From assembly GCA_013265495.1 (NCBI GenBank), contig MU058198.1, forward strand, positions 6,029,779-6,093,778: DNA of 64,000 bases, in the 5' to 3' direction. Positions 1 to 11,320 of this stretch are shown here, one piece after another. The DNA is from Vicugna vicugna (taxonomy: Eukaryota). The notes beneath the pieces are model-generated. The model did no database searches. It worked only from the letters and a program-made list of their open reading frames with translations, and was not told where the DNA came from. The position numbers and the translations under genes are program-made. Each line of letters starts with the position of its first letter. Position 1 is the first letter of the stretch.

Positions 1-379
1 CTCACTTGTATTCTGTAGGGAGCTGGGATGGGAGGTTGGGGCTGGGCTGGGCTGTGGCGTGGGACTGAGTTTGGGAGCTTGCGTGATGGATACAGAGGTA
101 GCCCAAAGTATATTTTAGCCTGGGAAACGTTGTCACGTAGATGACTGATTAGATTACAGATGTGTGGCATTTACTTATCTTCACTATTTCACATGAAAAA
201 AAATCAATATTTTCCAATCATCTCCAATGGTGTATTAAACTTACTTTGTCATATTTCATGTCACCACCCCAGAAAGAGCAGGGGGAAAGGGTCAGGAGAG
301 CACACTGTAAGAGAAGATGAAGTCTTTAGAGCAGGTCTTAAATCACACCTCCTGTCCCTTCTAGCATTGTCCATTCAGA

Positions 380-960
380 AATTTGGTCATTCACTCATTC
401 ATCGATTTCAGAAATGTCTGCTGATACCTACTCCAGTCCAGGCACTTTTCCAGGTGTGGGAAATTCAGTGATTAAAAAAAGCCAGACAGCAACCTCTGCT
501 TTCATGGAGCTGATATTTAGTGGGGGGAGACAGACCGCATCAACAAAAAAGATCAGATAGGTCCTTTGCAGAAGACTGAAGTAGGGAGGGCTAGGGGGCT
601 AGTCCACTCTGAGCAACTAGGTCCCTTAAGCTGAGATCTGATTGATGAGAAGGAGCCGGCATGCGAAGACCCGTGGAAGGAAGGAATTGAGGGTCCAAGG
701 AGCAGAAGAAAGACTAGAAGCTGCAGAGGTGCCAGTGTGAGGGAGGGAAGAGGGAAATGTACAAAGTGAAACATACCAGAAGGTCCAGCAGGCAAGTGAA
801 AAGGTCTTATTTTTAGATGGCTGCTATGGGAAAAGCCAGCAATAGTAGAGACAGGAGACCTAGCAGGTGGCTATTGACAGATGAGGGGGCTCACAAAGGG
901 ATGGTGGAGAGGAAGGGACAGATTCAGGATATGTTGAGGTACCGGAGTCAACAGAGCTTG
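380..960 (-). mobile_element. L2 LINE 3' remnant
   Basis: cattcactcattcatc...acctactccagtccaggcact...ctgctttcatggagctgatatttagtgggggagacagac is the typical reverse-strand L2 3' end. Boundaries approximate. Confidence 0.7.
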
Positions 961-1659
961 CTGCAATCCATGAACAGTCTGCTATTCTTGGGGAGGAAAC
1001 AGCTAACTGCTAAGTACCTACTATGTGCAGGGCACTGTTCTCTAAGTGTTCCACGTGTCCTGTCTAAAATGGACTGAAATGGAATCGGAACTAGTAGGAT
1101 TCCCAAACAGGTAATGAGTGGCTAAGCCTGACAGGCTGACCCAGAGCCTACCCCCTTAGCCACTGTGTAGCATTGTCCCCAGGCTCTCATCTAATCACGA
1201 AGCCCGCCAAAGAATGTGCGGCTAAGCATTTCTAAACCAAGCAAAGGCGCGTTATGGTGTGCAGGTTATAAATAACCCTTCCTAGCTGCCAGCTGCTATT
1301 TAGGTTTGGAAAGGAAAAGAGGATCTTAGCATGACTTGTTTATCTCAGGTAATTTGGCAGTAAACTGGGCCCCGGGAATTTGAGTTACAGAGAAAATGCA
1401 AAGGAAGAATGACAGGGATATTGTTTTAGGCTTTCAGAGGACGGATGTAACTTAAAGGCCCAGAACCAGCCCGGAGGTGCACATGGGGAATTTGAAGAGG
1501 AAAGTGTGTCGTACAGCCAATGTTTGTTTACTTGGCTCCCAAACAGTCACGCTCTTTGTCTAATAGATTTCTGTTGTTATGATGAGATTTCTTTCAGGAA
1601 GCAATGGGAGGAATAGGCGATTTTCCCGTCTTCCGTCTAGTGATCTATTAAGTTGGTAA

Positions 1660-1880
1660 CTAGAGGCCTGTTTTGTTGGGCCTGTCCATAGCTTTAAAAT
1701 TTTTTAAATTACTTATCAACATTTAAAAATTAGTAGCTTTCTCATAAAACTGAACTTCTCTGGAAAAATCTAATCCAATAAAACTGAGCCCACATTCCCA
1801 CATGGAAACCAGCAGCTGGAGACAGTATTTCTCGTTACTGGTACTCCCCAGGCTGCCGTGTACCCACCCTGCCATCTCTC
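1660..1880 (+). mobile_element. MER102-like hAT-Charlie DNA transposon remnant
   Basis: gttttgttgggcc...caacatttaaaaat...cccacattcccacatgg...gctggag. The same motif series recurs at ~10860 and ~46855. Confidence 0.55.
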
Positions 1881-2759
1881 TCTGCCACGTGTGTCTCAGC
1901 AAAGGCTGTGGGTGGAAGCCAGGATCAGGGTTCAGGAAGCTGGGACGGGGCTGAAGGCGTGTGGGGGTGGGGGTAGTAATGACAGTGGGGCTGGGACGCT
2001 CCCATTCCTAGAATTGAAGAAGGGCGTGCAGACAGGCAGCAGGGTGTAGTGAACACTGAGTTAGCAGCTAGGCTGTCTGACTGCCAGTCCAAGTTCTTTC
2101 TCTTTGTTGCTCTGTGACCTTGGGCAAGTTACTTTGTTTCTCTGAGCCTCGAGGCTTTGTTGTTGCACGTGATAGGGAATCTCAAGAGCTGTCACCTGGG
2201 GAAGAACCCGACAGTGACAGATGCTCAGTAAGCCCTAGGAAACCACGCGGTCCAGACAGCCCATCTGGACAGGCCTCAATCTTCCTTTACTTTTTTCTTT
2301 TTCTTTGTCCTTTCTCATCTTGTCTAGCCATTTCATTAAAAAAAAAAAGTAAAACAAACTTGACCCTCAAAATGGATAAGCAGGTCACCACCAGCCTAGT
2401 GGCTTAGCTCAGAAACTATTGCTTCCATTTCCAGAAACCATATTTTGTCATCATTTCATTCTTATCTGTCACACATTACAGATTGGTCTCTTAAAAGAAG
2501 GCAATTTGTCCTCAAAAAATACTGTGTTTTCTGTTGAGCAAACTTCAGGGTCCCAAGGTCCATGGAGGCTACTCCATCTTCCTCCAACAGACCACCCCTC
2601 TTGGACCTTGGATGGGAAAATCTACAGCATTTCTCATTATATTATAATTTTTAAAAACTTGAACCAGCCCTTTTGGACATTTACTATTTTAAGTTTATTT
2701 TGGTTGCTTGAACAGGAAATAGATCCAACTCAATCATTTTTTAAAATGTGTACATGAAG

Positions 2760-3320
2760 AAGTCACTCTTGTGCGTGTGTTTCCAGGTGGTTCTTTGAAC
2801 AGGTAGAACCAATATGAGCATATATATATTCTTGTTTATCCTCCTTCAGAGAGAAAAAAATTGCATACGCCTCCAACTTTCTGCCCCTTCATTTTTTCAC
2901 TTTAACATACGATCATCTTATAAGCTTGCCATTCTTTCCTCCAGTGTTCCATTCCATTGTGTGGCTCCACCGTATTTATTCAGCCAGCCCCTATGGATAG
3001 ACTTATGGGTCATTCCTAATCTTTGCAATTGCAAATTATGATGCAGTGGATACCTTCTGAATACATTTGTTTCCTGTTTGTGGAGGTATTTCTTCACAGT
3101 AGATTCCTAGACATGATGGTGCTAGCTCAAAGGGATGCTGCCAAAAGCCTTTTTGAGGATAGTGCCAAGGTCTCCTCCAAGGGGCCTTTGCCATTTCGTA
3201 CTTCTCCCAGCAATACTCAAAAATGCCTGCTTCCCAGCTCTTGCCAGCAGTATGTTGTCAAACCTCTGGATTTTTGCCAATCCAATAGGTGAGATTAAGT
3301 GGCATCTCAGTGGAATATTT
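2760..3320 (-). mobile_element. Old L1 (L1ME-like) fragment
   Basis: ccattgtgtggct..ccac.gtatttattcagcca...ccaaggtctcctccaa...cccagcaat...tttttgccaatccaataggtgaga..aagtggcatctca resembles an antisense L1M 3' region. Confidence 0.6.
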
Positions 3321-3830
3321 GTCATTTAAATTAAATTACTCAGATATCTAAAATGAGAGCAATATGAACCCTCATATTTGGACAGCAGAAGAAATAAGCT
3401 CATTTTAGTAACTGAGTAGAAGCGCCATCACTCTGGCAGGGAGAAATAAGTTGTTTGTTCAAAAGTCCTTTGTAAGTGGCGAGGTCCCTGAACAGGCCCT
3501 CTTCACCTTCAGGATTTCCACTGAATCACCTTTATTCTCCAAAGCCCAACCCTGCCTGCCAAGGCTGAGCATTGTGCCTGAGTGGACGGGAGTGAGTGTG
3601 GAATACCAAGTCTGCTTTTCCACATCTGGCATTTAATGGCATTGTTCTGGCTAATAAGGAATCCATCTTCCTTAAACCTTGGGGAACCCTTTTCTTCTAA
3701 TCCCCTTATTAATTTTTCTAGGAGTCCAAAATACATCAGAGACCTGCATCACAGAAAGAATTACTTAAGTCAAACTCCCTCCCCAGCACATTCTGGCCAT
3801 CTTGGACTTAAGATCTTTAATCTGACTGAG

Positions 3831-4090
3831 GGGCCATGTAGCCTAATGGTTAGGAGTGCAGGCTCTGGAGCCAAATCATCCAGATTCAAATCAAAGATCC
3901 TCTGCTCACTAGCTGTGCGATATTAGGCAAATGTCCTAACCTCTTGGGTCTCCCTGCCCTCCTCCGACAAGAAGGATTATAATAGTACCTATTCCATGAA
4001 GTAGTTGTAAAGAGTAAATGAGTTGAATTATGTACTTAGCCTGGAGCTCAGTGCCTGGCACACAGGAAACCCTGGGTACAGTGAGCTTAC
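3831..4090 (+). mobile_element. MIR SINE, near full length
   Basis: tagcctaatggttaggagtgcaggctctggagcca...cactagctgtgcga...ataatagtacct...gttgtaaagagtaaatgag...cagtgcctggcacacagg. Confidence 0.8.
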
Positions 4091-4200
4091 ATGGTGATGA
4101 TGGTGATGATTGTGGTGGTGGTGGTGGTGATGATGGTGGTGGTGGTGGTGGTGATGGTGGTGATGCCGATGACGGATATAGTGATGGTGGAGATGGTGAT
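4091..4200 (+). repeat. (GGT/GAT)n imperfect trinucleotide repeat at the MIR tail
   Basis: atggtgatgatggtgatgattgtggtggtggtggtggtgatgatggtggt... read directly. Confidence 0.95.
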
Positions 4201-4332
4201 TTGGAGCACACTGAGCCCCACCACTTACAAGCTATATTTCTGTGGCCTTGAACAACAGCTCAATCACTCACCCTCAGTTTGTTTCTCACTTCATTGGTTT
4301 GTACCAATGGGAATAGTGCTGTCCATAATAAG

Positions 4333-4812
4333 CAAGAGTCAGCAAACTACAGCCAGTGGGCCAGATCTGGCCTGCTAGCTAGTTTTGTGAATAAAGTTTT
4401 GTTTTTGTTTTTATTTTAATTTGTTTGTTTGTTTTGTTTTACCACTTTTGGGCGGGGAGGTATTTAGGTTTATTTATTTTTATTATTACTATTATTATTA
4501 TTATTTTTAATGGGAGGACTAGGGATTGAACCCAGGACGTCGTGCATGCTAAGCACACACTCTGCACTGAGCAATACTGAGTGGCCACTGAGTGCCACTG
4601 AGGAAATTTCCCTGCCATGAATAAACTTTTATTGGAACACAGCCACACCCATTTGCTTACACACTGTCTGTGGCTGCTTTCACAGTCCACTGGCAGAGTT
4701 GAGTGGTTGGACCAGAGACCTTAGAGCCTCATGACCTTATGGCCTATAAATTAAAAAAAAAAAAAGAACATTTACTCTCTGGCCCTTTACAGTAAAAATG
4801 TATTGACCCCTG
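4333..4812 (+). mobile_element. MER58A-like hAT-Charlie element, interrupted by a SINE
   Basis: Termini caagagtcagcaaact...attgacccctg. Internal aataaa.ttttattggaacacagccacacccatt...tggctgctttcac...tttactctctggccctttacag. Confidence 0.8.
4401..4617 (-). mobile_element. Camelid tRNA-Ala-derived SINE (Vic-1-like)
   Basis: Reverse complement reads ...gtgtgtgcttagcatgcacgacgtcctgggttcaatccctagt followed by an A-rich tail. TSD tgaataaagtttt (4388-4400) / tgaataaactttt (4618-4630). Confidence 0.85.
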
Positions 4813-6505
4813 ATCTAAAGGAGTGATTGTGAGGCTGCAGGAGATGAAGCCTGTGCGTGGAACCTGGCCCACAGCAGGTGTTCAGTATGGTGGACCTGTA
4901 TCAACGAAGCATTTAACTTTCATGAACTCAGTGCCTGGTTCTTGCCCTGACTCCAAATACTCACCTCTTACCCCAAGAGGAAAAATAGACGGAATAATTA
5001 AAATATCAATGGTTCAATTAGAAATACCATCAAATTATATCTTGCATATATATTTTATCAGGTACCATGTAGTCCCACATGCACCAGATATTACACAGGC
5101 ATGTCAGTCTACATCTGTGGATATAAAAAGCTGTGTCCTGGAGATGGTACTTTATGGGAGGTTTAGGGCTCTTTTTCAAGGGTAATTTTGACGCTGATTT
5201 TCCCTTGCCTGATGACTTCATAAGCTAACATCCAAGGAAGATGCAAATTCCCTCTAAATGGTAGCGATGAACATTATTATCTGCATTGAGAGCAAAGTAA
5301 AACTGAAGTGTCAGAATCTTCTCACCATTGAAAATTAATCCTAAGTGCAGATAAAATCTCTCTGAAACCATCAGTGGGAGAATGGTATTATATTTACAGA
5401 AATTCAATGCAGTCACTTTTTTTTTTCTTCTCCCCAGGCACACATCTGTTTTATAAAGTGAGGTGCACACAGAGCATTTACATTTGGCCTTATTTATTGT
5501 TTCCAGGCTGAAGCTGGAAGGTCACCTTGCAAAGGAACACCCTCTTAATTTTGCAAGCAGCATATGTTGATATTAATGTCACCTTCTTCCCCCTCCCCGA
5601 GTTGTTGTGAGAATCAAATGAGATATAGATAGGAAGCTACTCCAAGGAGCTCAGTGCAGTAGACAGACGCGGTGTGATCTGGTTCTGTACGTCCTTGGGG
5701 AGAAGGAACCGTCTCCACATTGAGCTACCTGGCGGAGAGGGGGGTTCAGCGGTGTGAGGACAGAGGCATTAGATAACAAATGTGCATAATTGAGTGAATT
5801 ATCTTCATTGGAAAATAAGCAAATTGTTTTCCAATTTAATGAATAAAGAAGCTTCTAATTAACTCTAGTAGAGAGATTTGCTTTCAAATTTCAATGGTTA
5901 ACCTCTGTGTTCTTTGTATTAACATTTTTCTCATGGCCCACCTTAATTTTTTTTTTTACTGTTCTGTATTGGTATAACAGAACTTTAGAGATGGAAAATG
6001 AGTCCAAAGGTGATTCAGTCTAATTCTCATTTTTTAAAAAGTCAGGAAGAAAATATAGCCCAGAGAGAACCTGTTGGATCCTGTGACTTATCTGAAATCT
6101 TATACCTGATCAGCTGTCTGTTGGACAGGATCCCCAGGCCTGTGTCTGACCAGCACGTGAAGGGCCTCAGCTAGACTCCAGGGTCTGCCATGTTCACCCC
6201 TGAACTAGCTCTGTTTCCCTCCAACTCCCTACCCTTGCTCTGGGCCTGGCTTGGCTCTGTCCCCTTTCAGCTCCAGGCCCATCTCCCAGCTCCTGGCTCT
6301 GCATCGCATGGCCTGCTACCTGGTACATTGTCATCTTTGGTCGGCCACAGGGTCAGTTCTGAGTCCCTCAACTGATGGCCAGAGCAGGTGTGGACAATCT
6401 GGGGGAGCCGGTCACCCTCGCTCATGCCTCAGAGCCTCAGGGATCAGGGTGTCAGGGTAAAACTGACACAACAACCCAGATCACCTGATCCCTAAATCCT
6501 GGGCT

Positions 6506-6655
6506 TTTTTTTTCATAATTAATAAACTTTATTTTTGAGAACAGATTTAGGTTCTAGTGAAATTGACTGGGAAGTGCAGGGAGTTCTCATATATCCCCTG
6601 TCCACAGATACAGAACTTCCCACACTGTCAATATCCCGCATCACAGTGCTATCTT
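6506..6655 (-). mobile_element. L1M (L1MC/MD-like) 3' end fragment
   Basis: aaactttatttttgagaacagatttaggttc...gggaagtgcagggagttctcatata. Flanked by tcctgggct at 6497-6505 and 6657-6665. Confidence 0.65.
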
Positions 6656-8221
6656 TTCCTGGGCTCTTTTTCATCTTTAAACTCTAGATTCTTCTGTCTT
6701 AAGGGAAAAAAAAAAAAGAGCAAGCAAGCAAACACACACACAGAACGAAATTGAAGTGGATGCCTATGGAATGCGAAGGGAGGCATGCAGTTGGTTTTAG
6801 ATCAGTTCATTCTGTCCTGGCATTCTCTGTTAGTCTGTCCCCAAGGCCAGTGGCTGGTGGCTGCTCACAGCGTCAAAGCTCACACATAGGGAGAGCCCTG
6901 CTCTAGCCCTCTCTCTTCTCTCTCTCTCTCTCAGAGTGAATTTCAAATTTTAGAGTCTGGGGCTCTGATTGGCAGCAACTGGGTCAAGGGCTCAGCCCCA
7001 GTGCAGCATACAAAGTTCAGGGTATGTACAGTCATGACTGCCAGGGGGCCCCACCCTGGGGATGGGGAGCAGAAAAAGAGAAAAGGGAGCCATCTAGGGT
7101 GTTACTATGAGCTGAGCAGATAACCCAAAAGATGTCTACTGTACCATGATACTAGATCACCCAGGGTCTCCTGTAAATAGCTGATGCTTTTCTACATCCT
7201 CTTATATATTGGCCCCAAAGTTTGGCCAGTGCCAGAGTTCATCTTTGGACCTTTGCTCTTTCCCTTATTCTCACTTTTTTGGAAAGAGCATCGTCCCTTG
7301 AGCTGAGCTTTATCACGAGCTGTGAGCCCCTCTCTGCACTCCACTCACGTGTGGGCCCCCTGGAAGTGACCATATCTGAAGACCAACATCTTTCCTCTGA
7401 GACTTGGTCCCCATCTCTTCCCTCTCAATAAGTCGTCACTGAGCCGTTTTGTTCCCACCAGCTGTGGTTGTGGAATTCTCACAAATAGCTACAGCAGAGT
7501 GAAGTTGGACAATTTGGGAGGCACTGACAACGTGCAGTGATACTCCCATTTTATGTTTTAAAACCAAGGCGATCCATTAATTTTTCCATCAAGAAACCCT
7601 CATATAATGGACACTTCCATCAAATTTGTGAAAACTGCATTTGGAACAGCTTATTTAAACATTCTGATGTCAATCTGTGGAATGTATGCATACCTTCAAA
7701 TGTTACTCTTCTAGTTTTCCGAGAAAAGCAACAGTTCTCTCTGAAATTGCCCATTATGTGAAACGCGGGTGATTACTGCTAATTCACATCTGCGCCAGCA
7801 CCTATGTGGTGAGTTTGGGGGTTTGGTGCAGCGGATTGGCACACACTCATCAAAGGTTATGTGTATGCGCACAGTGGAAGGCATTTTATACAATTCCAAA
7901 CAATTTAATAAAAATGTAATTCGACTGGGAAAACTACAGTCTGTCGGCCCTTGCAGAGTGCAGATAATGTTCCAGATTAAAGAGCGGAGGCTTTGTTCAT
8001 TATAGTCAAATAATGTGAGTGTGTGAATTACCATTTCATTGCCGTCGGTCTATTTCAAGAGTCTGCCATTTTCCCATTATCATAATAAGCTACATTTTCT
8101 TAAAATCATTCGATTATGATTGGTCCCGTCTATTTGGTTTGCAAATAAAAAGCTTTTGCAGCGATAAATGAGCTGTTTTAAAACAGCCTTAATCTCTGGT
8201 TCTGCTTTTGAACTGCTGCAG

Positions 8222-8277
8222 GTCAGACTCTGCGGAAGGCTGAGAGAAGCCGGTCCTGCTCACGGGAGAAAAAGGAG
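8222..8277 (+). CDS. KATNIP: KATNIP coding exon 2 (56 nt): (G)QTLRKAERSRSCSREKKE
   Basis: Acceptor ...tctgcttttgaactgctgcag| and donor |gtaaat. Translation matches my recollection of the human KIAA0556 N-terminus (MDGQTLRKAERSWSCSREKKE). Starts in phase 1 and ends in phase 0, joining the next exon in frame. Not in the ORF track. Confidence 0.93.
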
Positions 8278-8475
8278 GTAAATATGTCACTGGTGAGGGC
8301 TGGTGGGGGACAACTCTATTTGAAGGGACCCAGGGGGAGCAGACTGGTGATTAAGTATTCTTGGATCTCCTATTCTTTTCTCTCTGAGTCCCAAGCTTGA
8401 ATCCCCAACCCAATGATACTTGGTGACTAGAGTTATTAATCCAGTGTCACTTGTGGTAATAATCTCTTAGTGAAT

Positions 8476-8920
8476 GTATCAGTTAGTTTTGCTCTGTAAC
8501 AAGTCACCCAGATTTTAGTGACTTAAAACAAACATGCGTTTAGTTCATGATTCTGTGGGTCAGCCATTTGGGCTCTGCTGATGGGCCAGGCTCTGCTGAC
8601 CTCAGCTGGGCTCACTTCTGCTTCTGCTGTTAACAGCTGTGTCACTGAGGGGCTGACTGAGCATCCATTAGGATGCTTAAGTTCTCCAATGTTCTCCCAT
8701 CCTCCACAAGCCAGCCAGTTTTGCTCACATAGAGTTTCAGGGGTTCAAGGGTATGAGAGTGGAAGACTCAGGACCCCTTGAGCCCTAGACTCAGAACTGG
8801 CAGTGTCCCTTCTGCCACTTTCTATTCTTTGAAGCAAATTGCAAGATCAACTCAGATTCAAGGGGTGGGGAAACAGACATCACCTCTTAATGGGAAGAGC
8901 TACAAAATACCATGGCTTTT
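8476..8920 (-). mobile_element. MLT1 (MaLR) solo LTR
   Basis: tgtatcagttag...gtaacaagtcaccca...tagtgacttaaaacaa...catgattctgtgggtcag...cagattcaaggggtggggaaacagacatcacctctt. Confidence 0.7.
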
Positions 8921-9247
8921 CTTGAGACGTACTGCACTAAGCCCACCTGCGCTGCTTCCTGCATCAAGGCCGGACTTAAGGGCTGGAAGAGAGGCAGTCC
9001 TTGACCCAGCGTGTGCCCAGCACAACTGGAAGGGATCATTACAGTACAGTGAGAGAAGGACCCAGAGTGGAACTTCAGTACAGAAAAGGGGTCACCTACC
9101 TCTGCCAGGGGTATCAAGAAAGGCTTTGCAGTACAGCTGATGTGCAGGCCAGCCCTTGAGGGGTGAGTAGTTTTCCAGGCCAAGTAAACAGCATGGTCAA
9201 AGTCAGAGAGACATGAATCAGGAAAGTGGCAAGATCACTGAGTCTGA

Positions 9248-9340
9248 AATTTGACACAACATTGTAAAATGACTATAACTCAATAAAAAAAGTTTTTAAA
9301 AAACGCTATTTCAGTAAAAATGCAAACAAACAAACAAAAC
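9248..9340 (+). mobile_element. Extremely 5'-truncated young L1 3' end with perfect TSD
   Basis: ttgacacaacattgtaaaatgactataactcaataaaaaaa between identical tcactgagtctga copies (9235-9247, 9341-9353). The same terminus occurs in the L1 copies at 34329 and 62181. Confidence 0.85.
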
Positions 9341-10859
9341 TCACTGAGTCTGAGGTGGGAAGTGGTGGCTGGGACCCATAAATTACCTCAGGGACATCTG
9401 ATCAGGTCCCAAGCTCCTGGGAGTTTACATGTGAGTCTTATTTAGTGGCACATGGGTGGAGGGCTGTGAAGGCAAGTGGCTCGTCATAAATATTGACCCA
9501 TCCTGAAGCTCATCGTCACTTAGGTCCCAACACTCTTGGTCGTAAAGTGACCTGATTCCAAAGACAAAAGGGATTTCTCAGGCTCAGCTGGGACGAAGGG
9601 CCCCAAAATGGCCATAAGACTTGATCCTTCTCTTTGCATCTCTCGTGCCTCTGCTTCCGCTGTGTTGGCCTCACCCACAGCCGGCTCTGAGGACTCAGGT
9701 CAGGGTTGGACCGCACTGGGTCATGTGTGCTTTGCTGTAGCTTTCATCCTCTCTCCTGTTGCCTCCTTTCTTGGCTGGAGCCAGAACAACCAGTATGGCT
9801 TCTCTTCTTATTTAATCAGTCTATCCCATTTGAGGACTAGGGGATAACTTAGGAACTTGGATGCTCCTGAAAACTCTTCAACGTCAGCCTCAGTGGGCAC
9901 TCGAGAAACTGAACTAGGCTGGGTTTTCCCCACTCCTTTCTGGTGGGGAGCATTTTTCTGGCTTCAGGAGCAGGTGTGCCTGTCTCCACAAAGTCCCTCC
10001 AGAAACCTGGGGGTGGCTCCAAGAACGAAAGGGAGCACAGATTCACTCGCAGACATCTGGTCTCCCTCTGTTAAGTCACCAAGAGTGGGGACTCCACCCC
10101 CCAGACCAGTAATTAATTGTTTCACCCTAACCGAGACCTTTGTCATAGAATAATGGCATCCCGTTCATCCGCATTAAGAAATTCGCTGGGAGAGGATGAC
10201 ACAGGGTGGCGGGTAACTAGTTGAGATACTCCCCCCTCCCCTCCTCTCTCTCCTTGGCAACAGGACTCCTCTAATTGCCCTTCCCCAGCTACTCCCATCA
10301 TACCTGTCGCCCCAGAGCATTTCAGATCACTCTTCTGAAAAACGCTTGAAGTGAGGGAAAACGGAGAGCAGAGTTGTTTATCACAACATCCAGGTTTAAC
10401 CCTGAACAATATTTAAAATGGTTTCAGGCCCTCTGCAAAAGGAATGCTGACTCTCTTAACAAGGCTTTTGTTTGGATAGAAAAACAAGAGAAAGAAACTA
10501 ATAGCAAGCTGCCAGGATGCTCATCTTGATATATTATAACATGCCTTTCCCACCCACCTCCTCTTTCCGCCTCCCTCTCCACTCCATTGTCTGTGAAACC
10601 TGCACTTTCTGACACTCTGTGCCTTACACAGGATACCAGGTAGAGATGAAGCTTTGTCCCCATGAAAGGCAAGGAAAAGACAAGCCCGTTGAACAAGCAG
10701 ACAGGGACATGTGTCACGTTTCTTCGGTGGTAGGGAGTGTGGGCCAGCTCACAGATTGGCAGGTGAATGTGCAGTTTCCATCCTGGGTGGGGATCAGGTA
10801 CCTCTCTGCGTGGTTATGGGCCAGCACGGCAAACGGAGGATGGGATGCTTTCTCAATGA

Positions 10860-11105
10860 GCTTGCCAGGCCACATTCAGCCCAAAGATGTGTTTTGTTCG
10901 GCCCAGTCCCTATTACAATTGTTTTTTAATTAGGTGGCCACATTAAAAAATTGGGAGATTTCACATAAAAATGCAGACTTCTGGCTTCTTCAGAACAATG
11001 GAGAATGACAACACAGAGTCCTTATTCCTATAAGACAACAGTGGGCAATGGCTTTTGTTGAGGATGCTCCCCCTTTCGATGGGGCCCTTCCTGTCCCCTA
11101 CAACC
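10860..11105 (+). mobile_element. MER102-like hAT-Charlie remnant
   Basis: gatgtgttttgttcggccc...cattaaaaaattgggagatttcacataaaaatgcagacttctggcttct...ccccctttcgatgggg. Confidence 0.7.
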
Positions 11106-11179
11106 GACTGGACAGCGAGCAGGTTTCAGTGACCACATGGTGCCAGCCCTGTGCTGAGTGCTTGATGTCAGCGATTCAC

Positions 11180-11320
11180 AGATGTTGCCGCACGTTAGAA
11201 TCACCCGAGTCTCTTTCCAGACTGGTTAAATCAGAATCTCTGGGGGTGTGACCCAGGCATCAGAATGTTTTAATCCCCCCAAGTGGTTCTGATGTGCAGT
11301 CAGGGATGCGAACCGGCATT
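11180..11320. mobile_element. MER5-like hAT-Charlie remnant
   Basis: cacgttagaatcacc...aatcagaatctctgggggtg.gacccaggcatc...tggttctgatgtgcagtcagggatgcgaacc. Confidence 0.65.

Noticed and set aside
18..51. G-quadruplex-compatible G-run clusters (also ~31688-31706, ~48004-48024, ~63813-63838)
   Set aside because: Common in GC-rich mammalian introns and far from exons; nothing suggests function.
3936..4378. Pro-rich, Gly/Asp-rich and Val/Met-rich ORFs (3936..4211, 4030..4251, 4091..4378)
   Set aside because: They are translations of the (GGT/GAT)n repeat in different frames, flanked by MIR sequence.
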